The notes under the pieces: model-generated
Told to the model about the DNA's origin: nothing
Databases searched by the model: none
The model's input: only the letters and a program-made list of their open reading frames with translations
Assembly (NCBI GenBank): GCA_044892525.1
Contig: CM097885.1
Coordinates: 17,176,001-17,240,000 of the forward strand
DNA from: Schmidtea polychroa
Taxonomy: Eukaryota
Reading direction: 5' to 3'
DNA: 64,000 nucleotides
Translations under genes and position numbers: made by a program
Shown: positions 12,127 to 23,824 of the stretch, one piece after another
Layout of the letters: the number at the start of each line of letters is the position of its first letter
Numbering within the stretch: the stretch's first letter is position 1

Positions 12127-13366
12127 GATAAAATATACCGAAATAAATAACATATCAATGATCACGTTTACTACAATTGTTATAACTACTTTTATCAAAA
12201 AAAATTTGTCTATATATTTTATCAATGTGATTTTTAACTACTTAGATTTAAATAGGATCTTATCCAAATTAAGCATTAATAATTATCATCATTGCTCTGG
12301 TTTGTGGCTTTTTATTTTCGTTGTTTTATCGCGGTAATCGTTATTAAAGTTACGCAATAATTTCCAAATGCTATAATTTTGTCAGCATGGATAAAATAAA
12401 GGAAATAAATTCAGGTATTTAATGTTTAGGTCTTAAATTTTTCAATAATAGTTTATTGATATTAAACTCCGTTTGAAATTTTGTATTTTGATTTGATTTT
12501 AAGATAAAGTTAATCCTCCTGGTAAAGTAATAAATTCTTTTAATGAAAATGCTTTGATTACTTCTAATTTTAAATTTCCGGGAAATTCCCAAATCGATAT
12601 CAGATCGATGAATAATGTTAGTAATGATAATAATAATAGTAATAATAATAAGAATAATAATAGTATCAATAATACTAATAATGCTAATCATGATAATAAC
12701 AATGATAATAATAATAATATTAAAAATAACAGTAATAATTGGTAATAATGGTAATGATGATGATAATTTTAGTAATAATACTAGTGATGATAGTGCTAAT
12801 AATAATAGTGGTATAGTTTTCTATTTTACAATTCGGGGTTCTTATTTCCTAATTTTAGAAATTCTTCTTTTACGATTTAGGAAGTTACCTTTACAAGTTA
12901 AGGATTTCTGTTTATAATTCAACATTTGTATTTTACCATTTACGAATTTCTACTTTACAGTTTCTAGTTATATATATCTCAGTTTATAGTTTAATACTTC
13001 ACAATATGACCTAAACATCTCGAGATTATATACCCAGTTGAAATATCAAACTAAAGTTATACTTTGGATATTCAGCCAAATTATAGTTCATAATCAATTA
13101 CATATTTAAGTAAATGTATAATACTACGTTATAATTTAGATATGTATAAATTATCGATGGAGGTAATAGAAATTATCATTATGCCCTTTGACACTCGTGA
13201 ATTATATTTTTATATAAAAATTCTAGTTTCCAATTTAGGCGGTTGGATATTTAGGTAGCTTATAAGATTCCATAGTACATTTCTACATTATATTTTAAAG
13301 ATGGATTTCGTAATTTAATAAAGTTGTATTTTATCAATTGATACTATTATATAAAATACTTTATAT

Positions 13367-16300
13367 TAGGGTGGAGCTTATTTTTGAACTTTCAAAATAT
13401 TACCTTCTTACCCTCCCATTCTGTTCCTATATATGAAAGAAAAATTCAGGCAAAATATGAACACAATTGAACAATATTTAGGGGTAGCTCAAGGACAGAG
13501 AAGTTTCTGATACTCTTAAGCAGCGGCCGCCCATTTATTTACGGTACCTTACTATAGTAACTGAGAACTAAGTAAATTGAGACTTTCTCAGACTCTGATA
13601 ATCATACAACATTTCAATCCTATTTTTACAATATACAATTAACACAAATTCTTCATAGTCCAGGCATGATCAGACTTGTTTAGTAATTTTACTGTGTGGA
13701 CTGGCTATTGCAGGAGTTTGACAAATGTGTTTATAAATTTAAATTGTAAACAGTTGATAACACTACTATTAAAGTGAGCATTAAATTGCTGGTAGGCCAC
13801 TGAAGTGAAGCAAGCCTTCCTGAATCTATAGCTGCTGGTAAGTTAGTTGAATGTTATTTGAATATTGAATATTATTTTCAATGTTTAAGTGTGAATAGTA
13901 ATTAAATGAAGATATAGATTAGTTAGATAAGTAAATGTGAATTTTGTAATACAATTATTCAAATTAACATATCAATCCATGATTCCAAAGTCAATGCTAT
14001 TTTTATAATATTCATTTCAGATTCATTTCTGTAAGAAAATGTCATCAGTTGCAAAAGCAACACGATCTCAAACTGAGTTGTATCTTCTTGGCGATTCCGT
14101 GACTCAGTTACGTGGCAGCAAGCTGCCATCTTTACGTATGGCTCTTGGACTCTTCCTACATCACCATCTGGAACTGAAAGAGACAATAAGACAATCATCG
14201 GCTGTTACCATTACAGAAGTATCGAAGTTTTGGCAGAAAGCGAGGATCCCGATGAGAGATCATCAAAACTGCCAAACCAAGGTTGAGCATCCATTTGAAG
14301 AATGGCGTCTTCTGAAAAAGAACAAGGCACGATTATCAGCAACTCAACTAGCGAGAGAATCAGCTTTTAGTTCCAAGCTCGAGGATCTCTTTGATCTTGC
14401 TCATGCAGATGCACTGACCAGCCCCTCGGTACTACAGGAAGATAAAAATTTCTTGTTAGCCCAGAGAGAAAAAGGAAGAAGGGGGTCGATGACTGGTGCA
14501 GATGAAAAACTTGCTGCTAAGGAGAAAAGATCATTTGAACGAGATGAGCAAATGCTTTCGAGGCGACAGCGAATGGAGCAAGTGAAGCAGTTAGCAGCTT
14601 CTACCGCTGAACTGATATCGTCATCTTCTGAAACCAGCTTAGATGGTGGAAACATGAAAAGTGGAGAAAATCTGAGTGATGATGCTGCAGGAGGCAGCAC
14701 ATTTCGGACGCCAAGAAGAAAGAGGGGGCGAAAAACTGTTATTACTCCAGAACTTGCAGTAGCTTTAGATAGAACTAAAGTGTCAGATCGCAAGGCTGTT
14801 TTCGTTATTGCCGAAACTGCTAAAAGCCTGGGACAGAACATCGATGAACTTGCTCTAAACAGAGACTCGATTCGACGACTTAGGGTAGAACATCGAGTTC
14901 AGAGAGCTGCCAACATAAAAGCAAAGTTCCAGGATAATGTACCACTTGTAGTTCATTGGGACGGCAAACTGATTCCTGATCTGATTGGAAAGGAGAAGGT
15001 TGATCGACTGCCGGTTTTGGTTTCTGGAAAAGGAGTATCTCAGCTACTTACAGTTGCTAAGCTTCCATCTGGAACAGGCAAAGCTCAGGCTGCTGCTGTA
15101 TATGAAGCCATCAAAGACTGGGGCATAGCCAAGAGTATCCGAGCTATGTGTTTTGACACTACTAGCTCAAACACTGGTCGGATTGCTGGTGCTTGTGTAC
15201 TGTTAGAGCAGAAGCTTCAGAAGGAGTTGTTATCACTGGCTTGTAGGCACCACATTATGGAACTGATAATTGGGGCAGTTTTCCAGGTCTGCATGGGAGC
15301 CTCATCCTCCCCAGAAGTTGCACTCTTCAAACGCTTTCAAGAGTTCTGGAGATTTATAGATACGGCTAAGTATGAAGCAGGCACTACAGCTGATGACGTA
15401 GCAAGTTTACTGGAGGATATAAAGCAAGACACCGTCGATTATGCCAACAAGTATCTTGAACAGAGTCAGCCGAGAGATGACTATAAAGAATTCTTGGAAC
15501 TTGTAATTGTCTTCCTCGGTGCTGCTCCTCCCAGAGGTGTACGGTTCATGGCACCTGGTGCAATGCACCATGCTCGTTGGATGTCCAAGGTGATATACAG
15601 CCTAAAAATTTGGATGTTCAAGGCGCAGTTCAAGCTGACTACTGCAGAAGAGCGAGGGTTGCGTGATGTTTGTGTATTTGCAGTACGAGTGTACCTGAAA
15701 GCTTGGATATCTGCACCTCAAGCAGCAGGTGCTCCATTCAGTGACTTGCTGCTGCTGAAGTCGCTGCTCGAGTACTCATCAATACATGCAGCCATTTCAA
15801 AGGCAACATCTCGCAAGTTTGCAAATCATTTGTGGTACTTATCTGAGAAACTGGTAAGCTTGGCTTTTTTCGACAGTCGGGTCAGTTCGTCAACCAAACG
15901 ACTGATGGTGAGTGCCATGCAAAATGATGAAAACCAGGATTCTGATCATTGCAAACGTATCACAGTTGCTCTTGGTTCATTCAAAGAGAAAAACTTGGAA
16001 GATTTTGTCACAGCTAAATCTGCTTCAACAGCTTGAACTGCCAGATGGATTTCTTGCAGTTGACCCAGACTTGTGCGGAGACAGAGATGATTACAAACAA
16101 GCTGCAGAAACAGTTACATCTCTAAAAGTTGTAAATGACCATGCTGAGCGTGGAGTGGCCCTCATTCAGGAATACAGTGGATTAATCACCCGTGATGAAA
16201 CACAACTACAATTCTTGCTGCAAGTTGTCCAGGACCATCGCAAAATGTATCCCGACAGCAGGAAAAAGACTCTGTCCGCCATCTCTGGGTTTACATAATA

Positions 16301-16600
16301 ACAGTTAATTTCAAGTTTGCTGGACATTTACAGATTGTTTGTGTCAGAAGCTAAAGAAACATTTCACTATTAATGTCTATGTGTGTAACACTGAAGTTTG
16401 CAAAAAAATAAAATAGAATCAGAATTTGTTGAATTTACAAAAATTTTATCATATTTCAGGCACTTGAGCTACCTCTAAACATAAAAATTTATTGCTTAAA
16501 CTTTTTATACAGTGTTTCTATACCATAAGGAACAGATTAGGGGGGTAAGACTTTCAAAAATTATTTTTTTATTTTTTTTTATTTTTTAAGCTCCACCCTA
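13367..16600 (+). mobile_element. hATm-type DNA transposon, full length
   Basis: TIR TAGGGTGGAGCTTA / TAAGCTCCACCCTA. Perfect 8-bp TSD CTTTATAT at 13359-13366 and 16601-16608. Confidence 0.92.
14039..16298 (+). pseudogene. hATm-type transposase with a single frameshift near 16020
   Basis: Motifs VVHWDGKL, FDTTSSNTG, LACRHH, HHARWMSK. The C-terminal KVVNDHAERGV lies in the shifted frame (ORF 15912-16298). Confidence 0.9.
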
Positions 16601-17368
16601 CTTTATATTTTTAACGGGGATGTAAAGCCATATTTCTAATTCAATATTAGTAGAATACAATATAACCTAAAATTATATTTATTCTTTAGCATCATAGTAT
16701 CTTCATACATTATATCTTAAATAGACATAATGTTATATATCATAATGTGAGATTTACAGATTATATTTTTAAATATAGTATGAAATTACATGGTTAATAA
16801 TTATAAATTATACTTCTAAGCAAAGTTATTTTCGTAATTTATGGACATTTAGCATTTTTAAATTACATTTTCAAACCCATTAATAAGGCATATTTCATGA
16901 ATGATGTGTAATACGTATTTATAGGTTATAACTTCGACTACTAATTTGAACCATAGATTTAGAGAATAATTAAGTACTTTCATGTTATTATTTACGCTTG
17001 TCGAACTTCTTTCGAGGATTTTACGTTTACTTCTAGGAAAAAAAAATTTATAGAATTATATATCTCAATGATGTTCAACCGACTACATGTGTTTAGTTTG
17101 GGTCTGAATTCTACTCAATTATGACCTTAGTGTAAAACTATTGTATACGATTTTTAATGTTGAGTTTAATTATGTTCTGCATTCAACTCGGGAAGAATGC
17201 TTGCTTACACGGCCCCACTGTGACCGCTACGACAAGCCCTAACGTTGTGTTGAGTCGAAACATCACTGTCGACCGATAAATAAAGTATATGGAGCCATAG
17301 CGGAGGGGTTTTATCGACACAACTCCATGGTAGAACCATGAAGTGGCCGACCTCCGATGACCGAAAAA

Positions 17369-17373
<5 letters not shown>

Positions 17374-17452
<79 letters not shown>
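17374..17452. repeat. (TA)n microsatellite
   Basis: Pure TA run. Confidence 0.95.
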
Positions 17453-17454
<2 letters not shown>

Positions 17455-18403
17455 TGCATGTCTGCATGTTTCATTTTAGAAGGCTGCATTACTATCGAAT
17501 GCAGGACTGAATAGAGACGCACTAAGACGTCGCTGATCAGTCGTAATAAAAAAAAATATAATGAGAAAAATCATAGGTCTTTAAATATGTTAATGAAAGG
17601 TAGATTACGTTAAAATGATTACATGAAACATATATTAACATTAAAATGATTACATAAAACATATAATAATGAAAAATTACTCACTATAAGTTTTCGTAAG
17701 ATTTTCAACAATAAAATATTGGCATAAAAAGTGATTCTTGTGTCTGAAACGTGTCAGTATATATACCTATTTTGTACACGTGTATGTATTGATGCATTAA
17801 AACAAACTCGAATTCTTTTTATTCCAGAATTTTCTATTTTGCGATTTTGATATTTTTAACGGCAATTTTTGTGCCATAATTTTTGTTTTTATTTTTAAAT
17901 TTTAAATTTTAAATTATTTTTCATTAATTTTACGTCCATGATGGATTTGGAACTGTTCCAGAACATTCTATATTACTTTTAATTTAATTTTTATTTTAAT
18001 TGATGTTTTATGAATTTCTTTTTAAGAATTTTTATTTTTATTACTAATTTATTTATTTTTCTAAATTTTATTGTTTAAGGTAGCTTTTATGATGGTCATC
18101 GCCATTTTTATGGAATGTTCTGGGTTTTCTGGAATTTTTTTCTGTTTTTACCATCTTTTAAGTTATTCGAGTTTGTTTCTTGTAACTCTATGTTTATTTG
18201 GTTATTTTTGAGTTAGATTTTTGCGCTTGTATAATTTTATTTAATTTTTGTGTTTATGCTTTTGTTGTTTTCTCCTTTAATTAATATTGTTTATTTGGTG
18301 TATTTTTACTATTTAACTACACTTTTTGCTTTTTGCATGTTGTGTACCTCCACATTTCAGTCACAATTATAATTTGGGTCTAGAAATCAGTTCTAGCCCA
18401 ACA

Positions 18404-19349
18404 ACTGGTTCAGTAATGGCTTTTGCAAATCTTATATCCAGTCGTAAATTTCCATTTTGAGGTAATTGACTTTGATTTAAATCAAAATCAGGGGTTAAAA
18501 CAAATGTAATAAATGGGTATTTGCTTTTAAAATCTTCTAGAGTTATTCCGCAATTCAAATTTTTATCTAAATAACCAAGATTTCTAACAATACTCTGCAT
18601 ATATGTCGCACAGTAATTGTCATTCTCGAAATCTTGAATATATGTTTCTCTATAATCAGTATTTTTCGACAAAGTCAATGATGTAACACCAAAGTTTTTG
18701 AAAATTGAGCTGGAAGCAATATATGATCCATTATATTGTGTTTCACTTTGAAATGTTATCAGAATAAAATTAGGCATTCTTCTGTCACCAAATATTTGTT
18801 CTTTATAGAATGATGAAGCACCTTTAGCAATAGCAAATTGTACAATTTCCTTTGTTTTTAATGGATAAATTGCATGTTTTGAATTAAGACCCAATTGATG
18901 ACCTGCTAATACTGAGGGGTCTACTCGAACTTTTCTCACCAATAATTTTGCATCAACTAATTGACATATTGGTGTAGTAGTTGCACTAGTGAGAGATAAT
19001 GCAGAACCAGACCTTTTCAGTCTAATATGTACATTAACTCCCGGTAGTAAATATTTCGGTTGATCCATAAAATCAAGTTGTAATGATGAGCACATGGTGA
19101 AAACCTTTGAGCCTTTTACCCACTTTTTTCTTTTATCATCTGCTGCTGCATAACCTTAATCTGAACAGTCAATAAAGTATCGTTCAAATCTAAATATTCG
19201 GTTTGTGAACCATTAATATAAAACTCGATATCGTTTCTACTATCTGTAATTGAATTCATAGGTAAAACTTCCTCAAATGCCCCAAATTCTATTACAGCCT
19301 GGGGCGATGGTCTATCAAATATACATAATTCGGATTTACCACAAATCAT
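18404..19349 (-). pseudogene. Maverick major capsid protein, internally deleted and 3'-truncated
   Basis: ORFs 19116-19349 and 18367-19095 match the N- and C-terminal parts of 30642-31862. A ~208-bp deletion is bounded by AACC microhomology. Confidence 0.92.
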
Positions 19350-19717
19350 TTTGCAAATATAGTTCCATGTCCTTTCATTCGTTTGTTTATACGTGATATT
19401 CCATGTCTTTTACGTTTTGGAGCATGAGCTGGAGCTGGAGCTGGAGCTGGTTTTTGAAACATACCTGCAACCCCGGGTAAAACTTTCCCTAATTCTGCTA
19501 AAGCATTTGTTTTTAGAGATGGTAATATTTTCTGTTCATTCATAATAACATCTTTTGCAGTTTTCATACCAAAACTACCGATACGTTTAAGAATAGGCAA
19601 TGCAAATCTACCAATTGTTCTCAACCATCCTGATCCGTACTGTTTACCAATAAAATATGGTAAATCACCACCAGATTGGCTACCACTATACATACTAATA
19701 ATATCAGAATTAGCCAT
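19346..19717 (-). CDS. Maverick small core-like precursor (copy 2)
   Basis: Protein identical to 31859-32230. Confidence 0.85.
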   Translation of the reverse strand: MANSDIISMYSGSQSGGDLPYFIGKQYGSGWLRTIGRFALPILKRIGSFGMKTAKDVIMNEQKILPSLKTNALAELGKVLPGVAGMFQKPAPAPAPAHAPKRKRHGISRINKRMKGHGTIFAK

Positions 19718-20040
19718 TTATTTTACGAAAATGTAATGTCAAATGAGTTTTTGGAAATTCGATTAATTGACCAGAATCATAACTTATATTTATTTCTATA
19801 TTGTTTATACAAGATGTTGAAACAGGTAAATACATGGGATTTTCTACATTGATTTGTACAACTTCATCATGATCATGTTTTTCAATCCATATAGATTTCA
19901 TTAAAGAAACACTAAAATCTCCAACAATAACAGGTGCCACGATATTACTGTAAATGAACATTTGCTGATGATGTTTAAGGATTTTCGGTTTGTTTGTTCC
20001 TTCACAAATTTGTTCATTTTGTGTACATATTGGTTTAGAC
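19710..20040 (-). pseudogene. Maverick minor capsid (penton) C-terminal fragment
   Basis: Matches the C-terminus of 32223-33290 with a 9-bp deletion (GSK). The ORF-track N-terminus is hAT TIR sequence. Confidence 0.9.
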
Positions 20041-22312
20041 CAGGGCTGTCCAACCTCGGGAAACCAGAGGGCCGCAATGCAAAAAAAAACTATTCGGGGG
20101 CCGCACACAATGCAAAGAATTTTTATCTAAAATAAATGGCTAAGGATACCAAAACGCCTGCCTGTACGGAAAATTTTGGACTCAACACCTTCAGTTGTTA
20201 CTAATGTATACTCTGGGGCTTGTTTTGAATTCATTGGATATTTCTGTCTGCACGGCCTGTCTTAGGACCGCACACCAAAAATAAAAATGATATTATGTTA
20301 ATAATTAATTGTACTAATGTTTAAGAAATATTATATGGTAAATATTTGATATTAGATATAGATATTGTCAAGAAATGAAAAATGTTATATTTCAATGAGA
20401 AATTTTCGGTAGCTTTGCATCGTTTACCAGTGTATCGATATCAATTTCAATGTTTGTGGTTGCCAAACGCAGTAAATTTGATAGCGATTTATCAGTCATG
20501 GAACATCTATGCTTTGATTTAATAAACTTCATAGTGGAAAAAGTACTCTCACAAAAGATAAGTACTGCCGAGCATTGATCCGATTTTAAGACCAAAGTCA
20601 CGCAATTTGGGATATCTTACTTCGGATAATAGTTTGAAAAAGTCTTCCCCTGTTTCACATTTATTGGTAAACTGGGGATCAGTTTGCAACTCACATAATT
20701 CTAACTGCAAATCGGACGGCACATTTGCAATACTAATAGTTAAAGGCTGACTAAAAAGTAAAATTTCTCGTTCAAATTTTCCAAAATCGATAAATCGGCT
20801 TTCGAATTCCGCGATTATCCCATCAATATATTCCACATGAGTTAAAAATATTGTGACCTCGGAATTATTCATGTCTTCAAAATGCGCCTTGCAATTAGGG
20901 AAGAAAGTAAAATTATTATTGCTCAATGTTGATTTGAATAACTGCAATTTACTCTTGAAACCTTTGCAATAGCAATAAAGGTTTGCGATATTCTGCCCCT
21001 TACCTTGTAGTTTTAAGTTCAGCGCGTTTAAGTGGTTGGTCATGTCAGTTATAAAAGCAAGGTCAGCTAAAAATATAGGATCCTGCATTTGACGAGCAAG
21101 TTCTTCGGTATCAGACTTTACTTCATTTTGGAGGAATATTGGTATTTCTTTTCGTATAGCAAAAAACGTTCTAAACATTTTCCAGCACTCAGCCAGCGAA
21201 TATCTGTGTGAAGTGTCAAATCACCATATGCAGCATCCATTTCCTCTAAAAAACTCCGAAACTTACGATGGGTGAGGGATCTGTTACCGCCTCGTATCAT
21301 ATTTGTTATTTTTATTGCTACTTTCATAGCATCGGCTTGTCGTAAATTTTTTCCGCACAGTGCTTCCTGGTGGATTATACAGTGCAGATTTGGACATTTA
21401 ATGTTATTTTTCTTCAATAATCCGCAAAAGCCAATTTCTGTTCCAATCATAGCTTTGGCCCCATCTGTAATAATACATGAACACTTATCGAATCCTCCAT
21501 ATAGCATAACATTTTTATGGACAGCTTCAAAAATGTCGCTCCCTTTGGTGGTGTCATACAGAGATTCTAGGCTAAGGAGCTCTTCGTTGACAGTGAAATC
21601 ATTTTGAATAGTACGAACAAATATTAAAAGCTGGCTAATATCTGTCAAATCAACGCTCTCATCCAAACACAGGGAAAAATATCTACATTTTTCCATCATT
21701 TGCAGCAGCTTTTTGGAAACATGTTGGTTCATATCATCCACTCTCCTGGCCATGGTTTGATGAGATAATGCCACGGTGTTGAATTTTTCTGCTATTTTCG
21801 GCTCATTAAATTGTTTGGCCATTTCAATTGCACATTTCTTTATTAAAAGACCATCACTATATGAAGCAGCAAGGCTTTCCGTTTCTGTGGTGTTGAGCTT
21901 CATAAAAAATGTGGGTTGGTGCATCACGTCTTTTTTATACTTTTCAATGATCGATGTTCTGGATTCTCCGATATACGAGTCAAATTTTTCGCTATGAAGT
22001 GATACATAGTGCCTTTTAACGTTATACTCCTTACACGCCGACAAAACTTGCATACAAATTATGCATTGAATTTTATTTTTATTGTTTATAATGAAATAGT
22101 CCGATTCCCACCTGATATTGTACGTTCGATTTTCATTTTCGATTTTTCTTCTCTTCTCAGACATGGGTTTCTAAAAATAAAGAATACAAAGCTATTGTAT
22201 GGCATTGTTAATATCAGTATAATGGAATATAGTCTGAAATTAATTAATACTTGCAGTTATAATATTGATTATAGTTGAAAACAACCCCACACCCTCGTAA
22301 TACATATCCCGC

Positions 22313-22314
<2 letters not shown>
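20041..22314 (-). mobile_element. hAT element of the Charlie/SPIN (GTF2IRD2-like) group; only one TIR visible
   Basis: Begins CAGGGCTGTCCAAC exactly where penton homology stops, after GTTTAGAC (similar to the NTCTAGAN target). No matching second TIR before the (TA)n run. Confidence 0.8.
20392..22164 (-). pseudogene. Charlie/SPIN-like hAT transposase with two frameshifts
   Basis: BED-like CIIC..KRHY..H, FSLCLDESVD, IITDGAKAM, HCIIHQEAL, IRWLSAGKCLERF, LAFITD, GSTYL/CESTFSTMK across three ORFs. Confidence 0.9.

Positions 22315-22315
<1 letters not shown>

Positions 22316-22404
<89 letters not shown>
22316..22404. repeat. (TA)n microsatellite
   Basis: Pure TA run. Confidence 0.95.
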
Positions 22405-22406
<2 letters not shown>

Positions 22407-22555
22407 CGCCAAATTTGACTCATTGTCTATTTTTTCGATTAACAAATTACTAAATATATCCCGGTTTGGGCGACCCATTCATTTTCGCAAAACATTCAAA
22501 TAATAATATATATGTTGTTATAATAATACAAATAAAATGTGCAATGAAGACACAG

Positions 22556-22865
22556 CAAGGTCATTTAAACAAAGACCATGACTCATCAAGGTCATTCTCA
22601 AGGTCGTATGTCTCATACGATGACTCATCAAGGTCATTTTCAAGGTCATATGACTCATCCGATGAGTCATAAAAATTTTCAAGGTCATTTAAACAAAGAC
22701 CATGACTCATTCAAGGCCATTTCCAAGGTCATATGACTCATTCAAGGTCATTCTCAAGGTCATATGACTCATTCAATGTCATTCTCAAGGTCATATGACT
22801 CATACTATGACTCATCAAAATTTTTCAAGGTCATCTGAGTCATCGCGATGAGTCATCAAGGTCAT
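22556..22865. promoter_or_regulatory. Dense array of TCAAGGTCA and TGACTCA motifs in the Maverick terminal region
   Basis: About a dozen (T/C)CAAGGTCA-like and about eleven TGACTCA/TGAGTCA motifs in ~310 bp, plus AACAAAG. Confidence 0.6.
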
Positions 22866-23031
22866 ATTATTATTTTTAAAAATATTATTATTTTTAAAAA
22901 ATATTATTATTTTTAATTTTTTCAAAGTTCCCGTCAACGAAAATTAATAATCGATAGCTCATTTTAAAGCTCAATCCAAGGCCTTTCGAATGAGCCATAT
23001 ATCTTGTTATTAAGATTATTATTTCTAAAGA

Positions 23032-23080
<49 letters not shown>

Positions 23081-23387
23081 CTATATACACCGAGTCTATA
23101 TAATCCGAGTCTATCCGACAAAATATTTTGTCCCCCTATGGGTAATGCTCACAAGGGTACTGGTAAAATTAACAAAGGTAAACTAAATATTGATGTACTA
23201 CTATTCGCAGCAATATTGTTAGAAATTGGTATAGAAATCATTAGTAATAAATTTCTTAATAACTAAATTACTTTTGTTCTTACATTTATAAAATTGTGAT
23301 CGCCAATCAAAATATAGTTTTCAAAATGTAGAAATTGTAACCATCAAATGTATAATAAGCATGACTAGTAACCTTGCAAGCTGTTTA

Positions 23388-23598
<211 letters not shown>

Positions 23599-23824
23599 GT
23601 CATTGATATAGCTGCATGCTCACTGCAGACTATATAAAAATCACTATTAAATATAAAAAATTATAATAAAACAACAAATACTTGAAATAATTTAAAAAAA
23701 AAATCTGATTACAAATTTTTATTCAATATGTATATATATAAATACAAGTTATAATACATGTTATAATACAAGTTATAAATACAAGTTTTTGTAAATAAAA
23801 GTTTCTATACAATTTTCAGTTGTC

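Larger units (their letters stand above)
18404..20040 (-). mobile_element. Truncated second copy of the Maverick capsid module (penton 3' end, core-like gene, major capsid)
   Basis: Near-identical to 30712-32562. Cut on the right by a hAT insertion and on the left at 18403. Confidence 0.95.

Noticed and set aside
22265..22300. GTTGAAAACAACCCC as the second TIR of the Charlie-like element
   Set aside because: Poor match to GTTGGACAGCCCTG, with no TSD and no resumption of penton sequence.
23190..23205. TACTACT as a Maverick right terminus (AGTAGT on the minus strand)
   Set aside because: Similarity to the 9.9-kb copy continues past it (tact.ttcgca..atatt), and PolB lies beyond it.
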